A stretch of 63,398 nucleotides of DNA from Candidatus Woesearchaeota archaeon. GTDB taxonomy: Archaea > Nanobdellota > Nanobdellia > Woesearchaeales > UBA10216. Shown here one piece after another: positions 35,886 to 44,759 of this stretch. Positions within the stretch are counted from its first letter, which is position 1, and each line of letters starts with the position of its first letter. A model generated the notes under the pieces. It searched no databases and was not told where the DNA came from. It worked only from the letters and a program-made list of their open reading frames with translations. The position numbers were made by a program, and so were the translations under genes. Location of the stretch: contig JACPIH010000002.1 in the NCBI GenBank assembly GCA_016188155.1, positions 1-63,398 on the forward strand, given 5' to 3'.

Positions 35886-35946
35886 AGGCACAGGTAATTA
35901 ACAGTTGGCGAAAACAATATAAACAATAGACAAGGGGCTCTATAAC

Positions 35947-36327
35947 ATGGCACTAGGCATACAGGTATTCGGAATCGTGTTCGGGGCATTCATGCTTTAC
36001 ATGAGCTTCCTTCAGTGGAAGAAGAAAGAGTTCACGTTCAATGAGTGGGCGTTCTGGAGCCTATTTGCCTTGGCGTTTAGCGGAGTATCGCTTTTCCCAC
36101 AAATACTTGACCCTGTGATAACATTGCTGGAGCTAGGAAGGAAGCTTGACCTTTTCATCATCATTGGCTTCATGTTCCTGATAGCGTCCACATTCTACAC
36201 GTACAAGGTAGTAAGGAAAGTCCAGAAAGGGCTTGACGAGCTAGTAAGGCAGCTCGCATTGGAAAGGGCGCAGGAGCCTGACCTTTTTCCGAAAAAGGTC
36301 AATCAAAAAACTAAAAGAGAAAAATAA
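35947..36327 (+). CDS. DUF2304 family membrane protein
   Basis: Three TM segments, LFPQILD..LELGRKLD, and a C-terminal coiled ending ELVRQLAL. Typical position next to a DPM-synthase-like GT2. Confidence 0.8.
   Translation: MALGIQVFGIVFGAFMLYMSFLQWKKKEFTFNEWAFWSLFALAFSGVSLFPQILDPVITLLELGRKLDLFIIIGFMFLIASTFYTYKVVRKVQKGLDELVRQLALERAQEPDLFPKKVNQKTKREK
36279..36310. repeat. TGACCTTTTT-CCG-AAAAAGGTCAATCAAAAAA element embedded in the 3' end of the DUF2304 CDS
   Basis: Perfect 10-bp inverted repeat plus ATCAAAAAA tail; translated as DLFPKKVNQK. Confidence 0.8.
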
Positions 36328-36383
36328 AAACAACTGCTGCAAAAATACTTAGACGGCAGTCAAATTAATTAACTGGTGATTGA

Positions 36384-37148
36384 ATGCAAGTAGGAATAAA
36401 ACTGTGGAGCACAAATTCTGTCAAGTACGTCAACGACTCGGATTTTGCTGACTTCATAGAGGTTCTGCCCGTAAATGCGATAAGCCTTGGCAAATTCGCA
36501 AAAAGGAAGAACAACTACACCATCCATGTTCCTCACGAGTTATTTGGCTTTAACCCGATCCTTAACATGAAAAAAAGCCAAAAACTGCTGCAAAGGGCAC
36601 TAAGCGCTGCAAAAAAGCTAAAGGCTGAACTGCTGATAATGCATACAGGACGCGTTAAAGAAGAGCCAAACGAGGAATTCATCAGGGAATCAATCAAAGC
36701 TGCGGCGAAAATCGCAAAAACAGCAAGCTACGGCAGAATACTGATAGAGAACAGCTATCCGAAAAGTGCATTCAATATAGATAAGGGGAACTACTACCTC
36801 TGCTATGACTATGAACATATAAAAGAACTGCTTGAAATGTCCAGAGCAGGGTTCTGCCTAGACTTCGAGCATGCCGCAATCGCAGCCCACCAGCTGGGGC
36901 TTGACTACAAGAGGTTTGTTGCTGAGCTAATGAAGCTGAAGCCGGAGTATTTCCATTTTAGCGGCACAAGACTGCCAAAGCTTCCATCAAGCACTAGTTC
37001 AGAAGGGCACCACACGAGCATATTCGAAGGCGACGTAGACCTAGACTTCGTGAAAGAAACCGTGAAGAAGGCGAACAAGCCCGTATGCCTGGAAACGCCA
37101 GTAGACATAGGGCAAAGGAAAAGGGAAGTTGAGTTTTTGAAAGCGTAA
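36384..37148 (+). CDS. TIM-barrel sugar-phosphate isomerase / AP-endonuclease-2 family protein
   Basis: TIHVPH, IMHTG, LIEN, CLDFEHA, FHFSG, HTSI and CLET motifs. Confidence 0.75.
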   Translation: MQVGIKLWSTNSVKYVNDSDFADFIEVLPVNAISLGKFAKRKNNYTIHVPHELFGFNPILNMKKSQKLLQRALSAAKKLKAELLIMHTGRVKEEPNEEFIRESIKAAAKIAKTASYGRILIENSYPKSAFNIDKGNYYLCYDYEHIKELLEMSRAGFCLDFEHAAIAAHQLGLDYKRFVAELMKLKPEYFHFSGTRLPKLPSSTSSEGHHTSIFEGDVDLDFVKETVKKANKPVCLETPVDIGQRKREVEFLKA

Positions 37149-37199
37149 ATCAAAAACAAACACGTTTAAATAGCTGCAACAGCAACCAATTCTTTCAAG

Positions 37200-38369
37200 A
37201 TGAACATCCTATTCGTGATAGAAAACTACCTCCCGCACATTGGAGGAGTCGAAGTTGTTTTCAGGAACCTTGCAGAGGGGCTTGTCAGAAAAGGCCATAC
37301 TGCAACGATAATAACGCACCGAATGAAAGGGGCAGCCTCAGAAGAGACAATAAACGGCGTAAAAGTAAAAAGAATCAGCTGCCTTGGCAGCAGGTACTTA
37401 TTTACGTTCCTTTCAATTCCGGCAGCAATTTCTGCCGCAAGAAAAGCAGACCTTGTGCACACAACAACCTTTAACGGCTTCTTTCCTGCATGGATTGCTG
37501 CTAAAATAAACAGGAAACCGCTTGTTGCCACAATACATGAGGTATGGATTGGAAAATGGAGAGAATACACCGATTTTGGATTTTTAAAATCGCCGTTGCA
37601 CGACTTTATTGAACGGCTGATTTACTGGCTGCCGTTCGTGGACAAATACGTTGCGGTCTCAAACTCAACCCGAAAGCAGCTGCTGCGGATTGGAAAGAGC
37701 GAAAAGAAAACAGCTACGATTTACAACGGAGTTGATTACGACCATTTTAATCCGAAAAAACATAACGGGGAAAAGATTCGGAAGAAGTATTCGCTGCAGC
37801 AAAATTATGTACTGCTGGTCTATGGAAGGCCAGGTGCGAGCAAGGGAATCGAGTACGCCATAGCAGCAATGAAAGAGATAAGCCAAAAACTGCTTGCTGC
37901 AAAGATGCTGCTCATGCTGTCAAGGGATAAGCAGTATGCTGGAAAATACAAGCAATTACTGCAGCTGATAAGCAAACTAGGGTTAAATGGCAAAATAACA
38001 AGCATTGAGCCAGTGCCCCATTCTGAACTGCCAAGCTACATAAAGGCAGCAGACTGCGTGATTGTGCCATCAATAAGCGAAGGGTTTGGCTACACTGCCG
38101 CAGAGGCTGCTGCAATGGGGAAGCCAATCGTTGCAAGCAATACAACGTCATTGCCTGAAGTTGTGAGCGGAAAGCACATCCTTGTTGAGCCAAAGAACAG
38201 CAAGGAAATAGCAGATGCTGTTGTGAACATGTTCCACGGCAAATGCCACAAGACAAAGCTAAGAAAGTTCACGATTGAAGAGAACGTCAGGAGCTACCTT
38301 TCAGTATATGGAACGCTGGTGGAGGGAGCAGCAAAACGAACTCTCCGGTCTATTGGGCGCAATGTGTAA
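37200..38369 (+). CDS. GT4 glycosyltransferase
   Basis: YLPHIGGVE, IYNGVD, GRPGASKGIEY and PSISEGFGYTAAEA motifs. Confidence 0.92.
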   Translation: MNILFVIENYLPHIGGVEVVFRNLAEGLVRKGHTATIITHRMKGAASEETINGVKVKRISCLGSRYLFTFLSIPAAISAARKADLVHTTTFNGFFPAWIAAKINRKPLVATIHEVWIGKWREYTDFGFLKSPLHDFIERLIYWLPFVDKYVAVSNSTRKQLLRIGKSEKKTATIYNGVDYDHFNPKKHNGEKIRKKYSLQQNYVLLVYGRPGASKGIEYAIAAMKEISQKLLAAKMLLMLSRDKQYAGKYKQLLQLISKLGLNGKITSIEPVPHSELPSYIKAADCVIVPSISEGFGYTAAEAAAMGKPIVASNTTSLPEVVSGKHILVEPKNSKEIADAVVNMFHGKCHKTKLRKFTIEENVRSYLSVYGTLVEGAAKRTLRSIGRNV

Positions 38370-38731
38370 ATGCCAACTGCAGAAACGAATCCTGTGGAAT
38401 CTCCACCATTGGTAAGAACTGGAATCTGAACCACGGTTGGTAATATAAGAAGCTTGGGCCTGCCAGAAGCCGAGACACCTATGATGTGAGAAGGATTAGT
38501 CTCACCAACAAGCCCAACAACGCCTCTGCGATTCGCGTATTGAAGCGTGGCGAAGGCCGTGACCTGCTCGAGGCCATGAATCAAGCCACTGGCATCGTAC
38601 TGCGAGAAGATGGGAAACTCATTCATATGCACGTCCAAAGTAGAAGTAATAATGCAGCCGTACTTGTGAGCAATTTCAGAGGCTGAAGTGCGTATCACGA
38701 TTGAGGCCTTTTCGACAACAGACTCCAGCAT
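38294..38731 (-). CDS. Hypothetical protein
   Basis: 145-aa ORF filling an otherwise empty gap, with a TATA-like sequence upstream (~38755). Converges on and overlaps the GT4 3' end by 76 nt. Confidence 0.45.
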   Translation of the reverse strand: MLESVVEKASIVIRTSASEIAHKYGCIITSTLDVHMNEFPIFSQYDASGLIHGLEQVTAFATLQYANRRGVVGLVGETNPSHIIGVSASGRPKLLILPTVVQIPVLTNGGDSTGFVSAVGIYTLRPIDRRVRFAAPSTSVPYTER

Positions 38732-38809
38732 GCAACAGTTAAACCTTGGAGCTTATATTTATAGGTTATCATAAAAAGCTTTAAAAACACAGCAACCGGG
38801 TAAGGCAAC

Positions 38810-39076
38810 ATGCCACAAAAAAGAGGGAGCAAGCTAGCTGTCACTCTTTACTTCTCGCTGCTGCTGCTCATGCTTCTGATACTTGGCATTTACCTCTTCA
38901 ACCTATACCCTCTGCAGTCAGACTTCTTCGCAAGGTACCTCATAGCACTGCTGTTCGTGCTCATGCTGCTGCCCCTCATCCCAAAAATAAAGATATTCGA
39001 CATGATAGACATAAAGAGGGAAACAAGGATGTTCAAGGCCGCCACTGGGACAACTGCTGCAAGGAAAAAGAAGTAG
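38810..39076 (+). CDS. Small two-TM membrane protein
   Basis: 88 aa; two hydrophobic helices and a basic C-terminus. Confidence 0.6.
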   Translation: MPQKRGSKLAVTLYFSLLLLMLLILGIYLFNLYPLQSDFFARYLIALLFVLMLLPLIPKIKIFDMIDIKRETRMFKAATGTTAARKKK

Positions 39077-39115
39077 ATTTTTATACCATTTTCTCAATTC
39101 TGATTGTGAAGCAAA

Positions 39116-40168
39116 ATGAAAGTTGCCATACTCACCCCAACGTTCTCAAAGTTCTCAGGGCCCGACAGGGTAGTGCTCAATGAAGCTACGGAGTTAGCTG
39201 CTGCAGGAAACAAGGTTACGATACTAACTTTCAAAACAGACTTTGACGCTCGACAGCTGCAGCAGAAAAGGATAGAGGTTGAAGTCCTTGGAATGCCAAA
39301 AAGCCCCATGCTTGAGAGGATTTACAGGCTGCTTTTCTTTGCTGATTTATTGAAAGTAAATAAAATTGTTGGGAGACTGCGGCAGTTTGACGAAGTTATA
39401 AGCTTCCTTTACCCCATGACGCTTCCGGTAATGCTTGCAAAGAAAAGATACAAGGAAAAGCTAAAATACATTTACTATGACGTTGGAGTGGCTTACCCGC
39501 AGCTTTTTGACAGCATTCTAGAAAAGGCCTACATGAAAATATTTGCGGCTTTTACAAGAATGACGGTGAAAAATGCCGATGCTGCAATTTCAATAAGCAA
39601 GTTCTGCGGCAGCGAGCTCAAAAAAGAGACTGGGCTTGATAGCACAGTGAAGTACGTAAAAATAGATGTTGAGCGGTTTAACAAAAATGCGGCTGTGAAA
39701 TATAAAAAAGAAATTGCTGCCGTGATTAAAAAACACGGGCTGAAAAAGCCGGTGCTGCTATACGTTGGAAGGATATCACCCCACAAGGGAGTGCATCTGC
39801 TGCTGGATGCTTTCAGGATTATTAAACAAAAAATGCCTGCAGCGACGCTTGTTATTGTCGGGAAGCACACTTTCCCAAAATACTCAGGGCAGCTGCAGAA
39901 AATGGCGGCGGAGATTGGAGGGGTAGTGTTTACAGGATTCGTTGCTGACGAAGAACTGCCAGCATACTACGGCGCATGCGACGCTTATGCGACGTGCAGC
40001 ATGTGGGAGGGCTTTGACATCCCGATTGTTGAGGCGAATGCTGTCGGGAAGCCGGCTGTTGCCTTCAGGATAGGCTCGCATCCAGAGGTTTTGAAGAAAG
40101 GAACCCTTGTTGCTGCCGGGAATGTGCAGGAGTTTGCAACGGCTGTGATTAAGCTTCTGGCAAAATAA
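39116..40168 (+). CDS. GT4 glycosyltransferase
   Basis: FSGPDRV, YVGRISPHKG and SMWEGFDIPIVEA motifs. Confidence 0.92.
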   Translation: MKVAILTPTFSKFSGPDRVVLNEATELAAAGNKVTILTFKTDFDARQLQQKRIEVEVLGMPKSPMLERIYRLLFFADLLKVNKIVGRLRQFDEVISFLYPMTLPVMLAKKRYKEKLKYIYYDVGVAYPQLFDSILEKAYMKIFAAFTRMTVKNADAAISISKFCGSELKKETGLDSTVKYVKIDVERFNKNAAVKYKKEIAAVIKKHGLKKPVLLYVGRISPHKGVHLLLDAFRIIKQKMPAATLVIVGKHTFPKYSGQLQKMAAEIGGVVFTGFVADEELPAYYGACDAYATCSMWEGFDIPIVEANAVGKPAVAFRIGSHPEVLKKGTLVAAGNVQEFATAVIKLLAK

Positions 40169-40214
40169 ACTGCCCGCAAACTTTATAACATGCCAATAAA
40201 ACGCCAGTAAAGGA

Positions 40215-41942
40215 ATGGACAAGGAAACAGCAATAGAGACCGTACTGATAATTGCTTTCTTCACCGCAATACTTTTCCTCGGGCCGGCTGCTGCGTCAGA
40301 GCACAGGCTCAAGCACGACTACCCCGTTGGCTACGCGGCAAGTGACGCCTTTCAGCACCAGTCAAGGGCCGAGGGCATAAAGGGCATGGGCCAGTACAGG
40401 TACGAAGCGCCCTACATGATGTTCGGGCTTACTGATGTGATAGGCTTCTACCCGCCTGTGCTTTACCACGTAACAGTGCTATTATCGCACGTGAGCGGCT
40501 TGGAAACGTATGACGCATTGTTCCTTATTGTGGGATTTGCACTGGCACTGGGCGCTTTGGTCGCTTACCACTTGACAAAAAGCCTTGGCAAATCAGTTGC
40601 TGTTCTGGCATTGCCACTAGCCATTTTCACAACAACCGGAAAGCCATTCCTTGGGATGGCAACGTTCGGGCAGATGCCCTTCGTGCTGTCAAGCCTGTTC
40701 CTGATAACGACTGCATGGGCAATAACAAAGCTAAGCTTGCCAAGAAGCTATTTACTGGTGGCTGCGTTCCTGACAGGAACCATCATGACGCATACCTCTG
40801 AAACATTATTTTTAGCGATGATAATGGCAACAGCGTTCGCACTGATTACGGCATTGAAGGTTGCAAAGGAAAAAATGAGCACAGTGAAGAATGTGTTCAA
40901 AGAGAACAGGAAACTGCTTATCGCATTTGCAATAGCATCAGCAGCAACCCTATACTTCTGGCCGATGTTCATGGGGATTTGGCCAAAGCTGCAGCCGTAC
41001 AGGTTCAACGTCGAAAGGATAAGTGCGAGCTTTCCAGCAGCTTCCTTCTTCTTCAAAGACTTCGGATTTATGCAGTTCCTAATAATTGCAGGACTAATAG
41101 CCGCAGCCCTTTTTGCGGTGCAGAAAAGGAAAGAGCTCGAGACACTGCTGAACTCGCCAAAGCTTTTCACGCTGGCGTTCAGCGCGTACATGCTCCTGGC
41201 AGGCCTGGGCAATTACTTCGGCTTCGGCCTGAGGTCTTTCCAGACAAGGCTTTTTTGGCCAATCACCTTGGCACCTTTGGCTGGCTTTGGCGCCTACCAG
41301 CTCACAAAAATTGCCTGTACAGCTTCAGGGCGCGTCATGAAGTTAAAGGGCTTCAACCTTTTCGCAGTTGCTGTGGTCGTCGCTGCTGTGCTAAGCACGG
41401 CAATAACGGCAACGTATTATAATCCACCATCGAAGGGCTCAATGAACATCAACCACTGGGAAGCTATGAAGTGGCTTTCTGAAAATGCGCCAAAAGACGC
41501 AAGGGTGTACGTGCCTTACAGTCACGTTTACAGCCAGACCTCGGTGCTTTACAACACAGAGCGCGTAAGCTACTTCCTAGGGCTCGAAACGTTCATAGAC
41601 ATGATAAGGCAGCTTGTCAGCCAGGGAAGGTTCAACAAGACCATGATAGTGACAACTGCTGCCGATACAGGAGCAGGTCTGCCTTACAGGACAGGTCTTC
41701 TAAGCTTTGACCAGCACACAAAGCACGTTTCAGCAGAGGGAGCCAGGATAGACATCTGCACTGTAGACTATTACCTAATAGACAAATCCATGCCGGAACA
41801 GGCGCTGTCACAGGCAAACATGTTCCTGCTGCAGCGCTTTTTGGCATCTAACATGACGGTAGAGTACGATAACCCGTATGTTACCGTGCTTAGGAACACA
41901 GAGGCAAATAAGGCAGGCGGTGATTGCATTGGCCTTAGCTAA
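40215..41942 (+). CDS. GT-C-fold-like polytopic membrane protein (putative lipid-linked-sugar glycosyltransferase)
   Basis: Many TM segments, SDAFQH and FYPP in the first external loop, and a C-terminal soluble domain beginning AMKWLSEN. Confidence 0.55.
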   Translation: MDKETAIETVLIIAFFTAILFLGPAAASEHRLKHDYPVGYAASDAFQHQSRAEGIKGMGQYRYEAPYMMFGLTDVIGFYPPVLYHVTVLLSHVSGLETYDALFLIVGFALALGALVAYHLTKSLGKSVAVLALPLAIFTTTGKPFLGMATFGQMPFVLSSLFLITTAWAITKLSLPRSYLLVAAFLTGTIMTHTSETLFLAMIMATAFALITALKVAKEKMSTVKNVFKENRKLLIAFAIASAATLYFWPMFMGIWPKLQPYRFNVERISASFPAASFFFKDFGFMQFLIIAGLIAAALFAVQKRKELETLLNSPKLFTLAFSAYMLLAGLGNYFGFGLRSFQTRLFWPITLAPLAGFGAYQLTKIACTASGRVMKLKGFNLFAVAVVVAAVLSTAITATYYNPPSKGSMNINHWEAMKWLSENAPKDARVYVPYSHVYSQTSVLYNTERVSYFLGLETFIDMIRQLVSQGRFNKTMIVTTAADTGAGLPYRTGLLSFDQHTKHVSAEGARIDICTVDYYLIDKSMPEQALSQANMFLLQRFLASNMTVEYDNPYVTVLRNTEANKAGGDCIGLS

Positions 41943-42312
41943 CAAGCCAGCAACAGGGCTGGGTCGGTTAAGGGGTGAGTTAAAACTACTTGCCATCACG
42001 TTTTTTGTCGCTGCTGCCGCGTTGAAAATAGCTTACAACAAAGAAAGCATCATTGAAGTTGCGAAGGTTACAGCAGCATTGTTCTGGCTCTTCGTAATAC
42101 CCGGCTATTCGTTAATGTTGCACTGGAAGGACAGCCTGGGATTTTTGGAAAGGGCTGTTGCCGGCTCAATAGCGGCGATGGCAATAACCGGATTGGCAAG
42201 CTATTACCTAGGCCTGATTGGGCTAAAGCTCCAGAACCAGACAATAATACTGCCGGCAACAATAATTGCAATTTCGGCGGCAATTTATTTTAGAAGCAGA
42301 GGCAAAGGCTGA
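41929..42312 (+). CDS. Small multi-TM membrane protein (DUF1616-like)
   Basis: LFVIPGYSL..LERAV motif. Probable TTG start at 41929 behind a GGCGGTGA SD (ORF track starts at 41878). Confidence 0.55.
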   Translation: MALANKPATGLGRLRGELKLLAITFFVAAAALKIAYNKESIIEVAKVTAALFWLFVIPGYSLMLHWKDSLGFLERAVAGSIAAMAITGLASYYLGLIGLKLQNQTIILPATIIAISAAIYFRSRGKG

Positions 42313-42326
42313 ACAGATAACAAGAC

Positions 42327-43478
42327 TCAACCAAGCATCTCATCGTAAGCATTGCCCATTCTCTTCTTAATGACACCGTAATCCCACTCTTTCATCTTTT
42401 CCTTCAAGTAAGAGGTGTTCCTCTTAGCAAGGGCCTTATCCTCGTGGCAACGGAGAAGATTCTTAGCAAGGGTAACGTGATCTGTGACTTCGTGATAAAG
42501 GGCGTAGTCGCCAAAGACAGTAGTGTGAGTTCCAATGTTGGAAAGGCACAGTGGGACTCCCGCGGCTGCCGCCTCATAGCTAACAAGCCCCTGATACTCG
42601 TTGTCAGCGCCGTGGACAAAAGCGGTAGAGCCGTGCAGCAAAGCCCTGACAGTGGACATGTCCTGAAATCCTGTCCAGATTACTGAGTCCTCTACGCCAA
42701 TCTCCTTTGCGGTTGCCATTATGCCAGGCAAATTCTGGCGTGGAAGCCAGTCCTCGCCAACAGCCAAGAACTTCGCAGAAGGTATTTTCTCACGGATTAT
42801 CTTCAAAGCACGCATGACATCATCAAAGCGCTTGTGGCGCCTAATTTGCGCGATTGAAATGACAACAAATTCAGAATCGGCGTAGCCAAATTTCGCAGCA
42901 ACTGACTTCACGCCATCTGGTTTTGTGGAGAAAAAGCCGTAGTCAATCGAAAGAGGCACATGCCTTATCCTTTCCTCCTTAATGCCGGCCCTTTTGTAAA
43001 TGTCAATCTCATAAGGCGTGCAGCAGAAAACAATATCGTACTTTGGAACAGAAAGCCTTGTTAGGATTTCAACAGCCTTGTTGGAGCCAAGAAGATAAGT
43101 AAAAGTCCTCAGGGCCTTCTTCTGCGGAACAAAGAAAGGCGCAAACTGGGAAGGCGGGTAAGGCCTCAGGTGAACCTGCACAAGCGCACCACGCTGCTTC
43201 CTGATGTAGCTGAAAAGGGAAAGCATGTTCCCAAAGCGCCTGACAGGGTAGCCCTTGACCATTTCAAACTCAGGAGCGAGGTTGCCTGACTCTGTTTTGT
43301 ACTCAGGAGTAGGGGCTGTGTTGCGAAGCGTAACAAATTCAACCTCAAAGCCCTTCTCCCGCATTATATCAGCAGGCATCAGGAAATAATCCTCCTTGGG
43401 ATGCAGCTCATAAGGAGTCGGGTAAAAAGGAACAAGCTGGATAAACTTTCTTAGTATTTTCGGCATGAAAACATGCAT
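42327..43478 (-). CDS. GT4 glycosyltransferase
   Basis: IAQIRRHKRFDD and EYQGLVSYEAAAAG (E-x7-E) motifs. Confidence 0.85.
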   Translation of the reverse strand: MHVFMPKILRKFIQLVPFYPTPYELHPKEDYFLMPADIMREKGFEVEFVTLRNTAPTPEYKTESGNLAPEFEMVKGYPVRRFGNMLSLFSYIRKQRGALVQVHLRPYPPSQFAPFFVPQKKALRTFTYLLGSNKAVEILTRLSVPKYDIVFCCTPYEIDIYKRAGIKEERIRHVPLSIDYGFFSTKPDGVKSVAAKFGYADSEFVVISIAQIRRHKRFDDVMRALKIIREKIPSAKFLAVGEDWLPRQNLPGIMATAKEIGVEDSVIWTGFQDMSTVRALLHGSTAFVHGADNEYQGLVSYEAAAAGVPLCLSNIGTHTTVFGDYALYHEVTDHVTLAKNLLRCHEDKALAKRNTSYLKEKMKEWDYGVIKKRMGNAYDEMLG

Positions 43479-43537
43479 CTTGCCGAACGTTTATAAATTT
43501 TTTCAACACAAACAGCACAGCACAATAGAAACGTTTA

Positions 43538-43671
43538 TAGACAACTTTGATTATCCCCGTTATATGGCAAAGTTGTCTAAGAGAATGTCAGTGATAACTG
43601 ACATCCCTCAGCGATACGCTGAGAGAACTTTGAACAAAAATCATAAAATAGGTGATTATTCAAAGTTCTCT
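43538..43671. repeat. Cluster of three inverted repeats in the divergent GT4/GT2 spacer
   Basis: TAGACAACTTTG-N18-CAAAGTTGTCTA (43538-43579), ATGTCAGT-GATA-ACTGACAT (43585-43604) and AGAGAACTTTGAA-N24-TTCAAAGTTCTCT (43622-43671). Confidence 0.85.
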
Positions 43672-43698
43672 ATAATAAAAAACAGGAAACACACGGCC

Positions 43699-44721
43699 AT
43701 GGTTTTGAACGCTCCTGAAGTTTCCATAGTTGTCCTGAACTTCAACGGAAAAGAGTACTTGCGGAAGTTCCTGGAATCTGTAAGGAGACAGAGCTACAAA
43801 AACTTCGAGGTCATTGTCCACGACACAAAATCTGCTGACGGCTCGCTCGAAATGCTCAGGGACCTTTACCCCGAAGTAAGAGTCATACACACAGAGGAAA
43901 ACCACGGCGTTTCGAAAAGCTATAACGTAGGGACAGAACACGCCAAAGGCAGGTATGTTGCAACATTACCAAACGACTTTATTCTTGACAAAGACTGGAT
44001 AAAAGAGATGCTGGCTGCCCTTAAAAAAGACAAAAAGGCGGCCTCAGCAGGCTGTTACATAGAGAATAAGGAAGACGGGTACTATAAGGGTGAGAAATGC
44101 TATGGCTTCTACACAGACCTGCTTGGCAATCCTCTCACAATCCACCAGCCAGCAACAACATACATTTTCGGTTCCGCAGGGGTAATGTTTAGGAAAGACC
44201 TAATCGAAAAACCGTATGATGATGAATACTTCTTTTCAGGAGATGAAGTCTACCTGGGCTGGAAAGTGCTTCTGGCAGGCTACAAAACAATTGAAGTCAA
44301 CACGGCGAAGGCTTTTCACGAAGGCAGGGCCAGCCGAAGGGCTTCGGATTTCGTTGAGTTCCACGGAGAAAAAGACAAATACATGAACCTTTTAATATTT
44401 TACTCGGCTCCAATGCTGTTAAGGCTTCTGCCCCTTATTTTAGCTAACATTACTGTAACGATGCTTACTTCACTGTTCCGAATGAGGCTGCATGTGAGAC
44501 TCAAAGCCTACTTGTGGCTTATAACCCACACAGCCCTCATAGCAAGCAAAAGGAGGAAGATTCAGAAGCTTAGAAAAGTTGATGATGTGGAAATATTCAA
44601 GTACGTAAGCGCAAGAACTCCGTATGAACTGGGGGCATTTACGCCAATAGTAAATAAGCTGCTGCTGCTGTACTGCCTCATATTAAGTATACCGGTAATG
44701 GAACTGCAGAAAAGAAGCTGA
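43699..44721 (+). CDS. GT2 glycosyltransferase
   Basis: VSIVVLNFNG, VHDTKSADGS, LPND and FFSGDEVYLGW motifs. Start placed at ATG 43699. Confidence 0.88.
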   Translation: MVLNAPEVSIVVLNFNGKEYLRKFLESVRRQSYKNFEVIVHDTKSADGSLEMLRDLYPEVRVIHTEENHGVSKSYNVGTEHAKGRYVATLPNDFILDKDWIKEMLAALKKDKKAASAGCYIENKEDGYYKGEKCYGFYTDLLGNPLTIHQPATTYIFGSAGVMFRKDLIEKPYDDEYFFSGDEVYLGWKVLLAGYKTIEVNTAKAFHEGRASRRASDFVEFHGEKDKYMNLLIFYSAPMLLRLLPLILANITVTMLTSLFRMRLHVRLKAYLWLITHTALIASKRRKIQKLRKVDDVEIFKYVSARTPYELGAFTPIVNKLLLLYCLILSIPVMELQKRS

Positions 44722-44759
44722 CATTTTAAATGTTTCATTTAAGGCAGAAAATGCCTGCT

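Noticed and set aside
43465-43698. 78-aa N-terminal extension of the GT2 shown in the ORF track
   Set aside because: It runs through the AT-rich inverted-repeat/promoter region. The GT2 fold begins at MVLNAPEVSIVV (43699). Similar over-long starts were trimmed for the genes now starting at 30533, 30723, 57863, 61278 and 61369.
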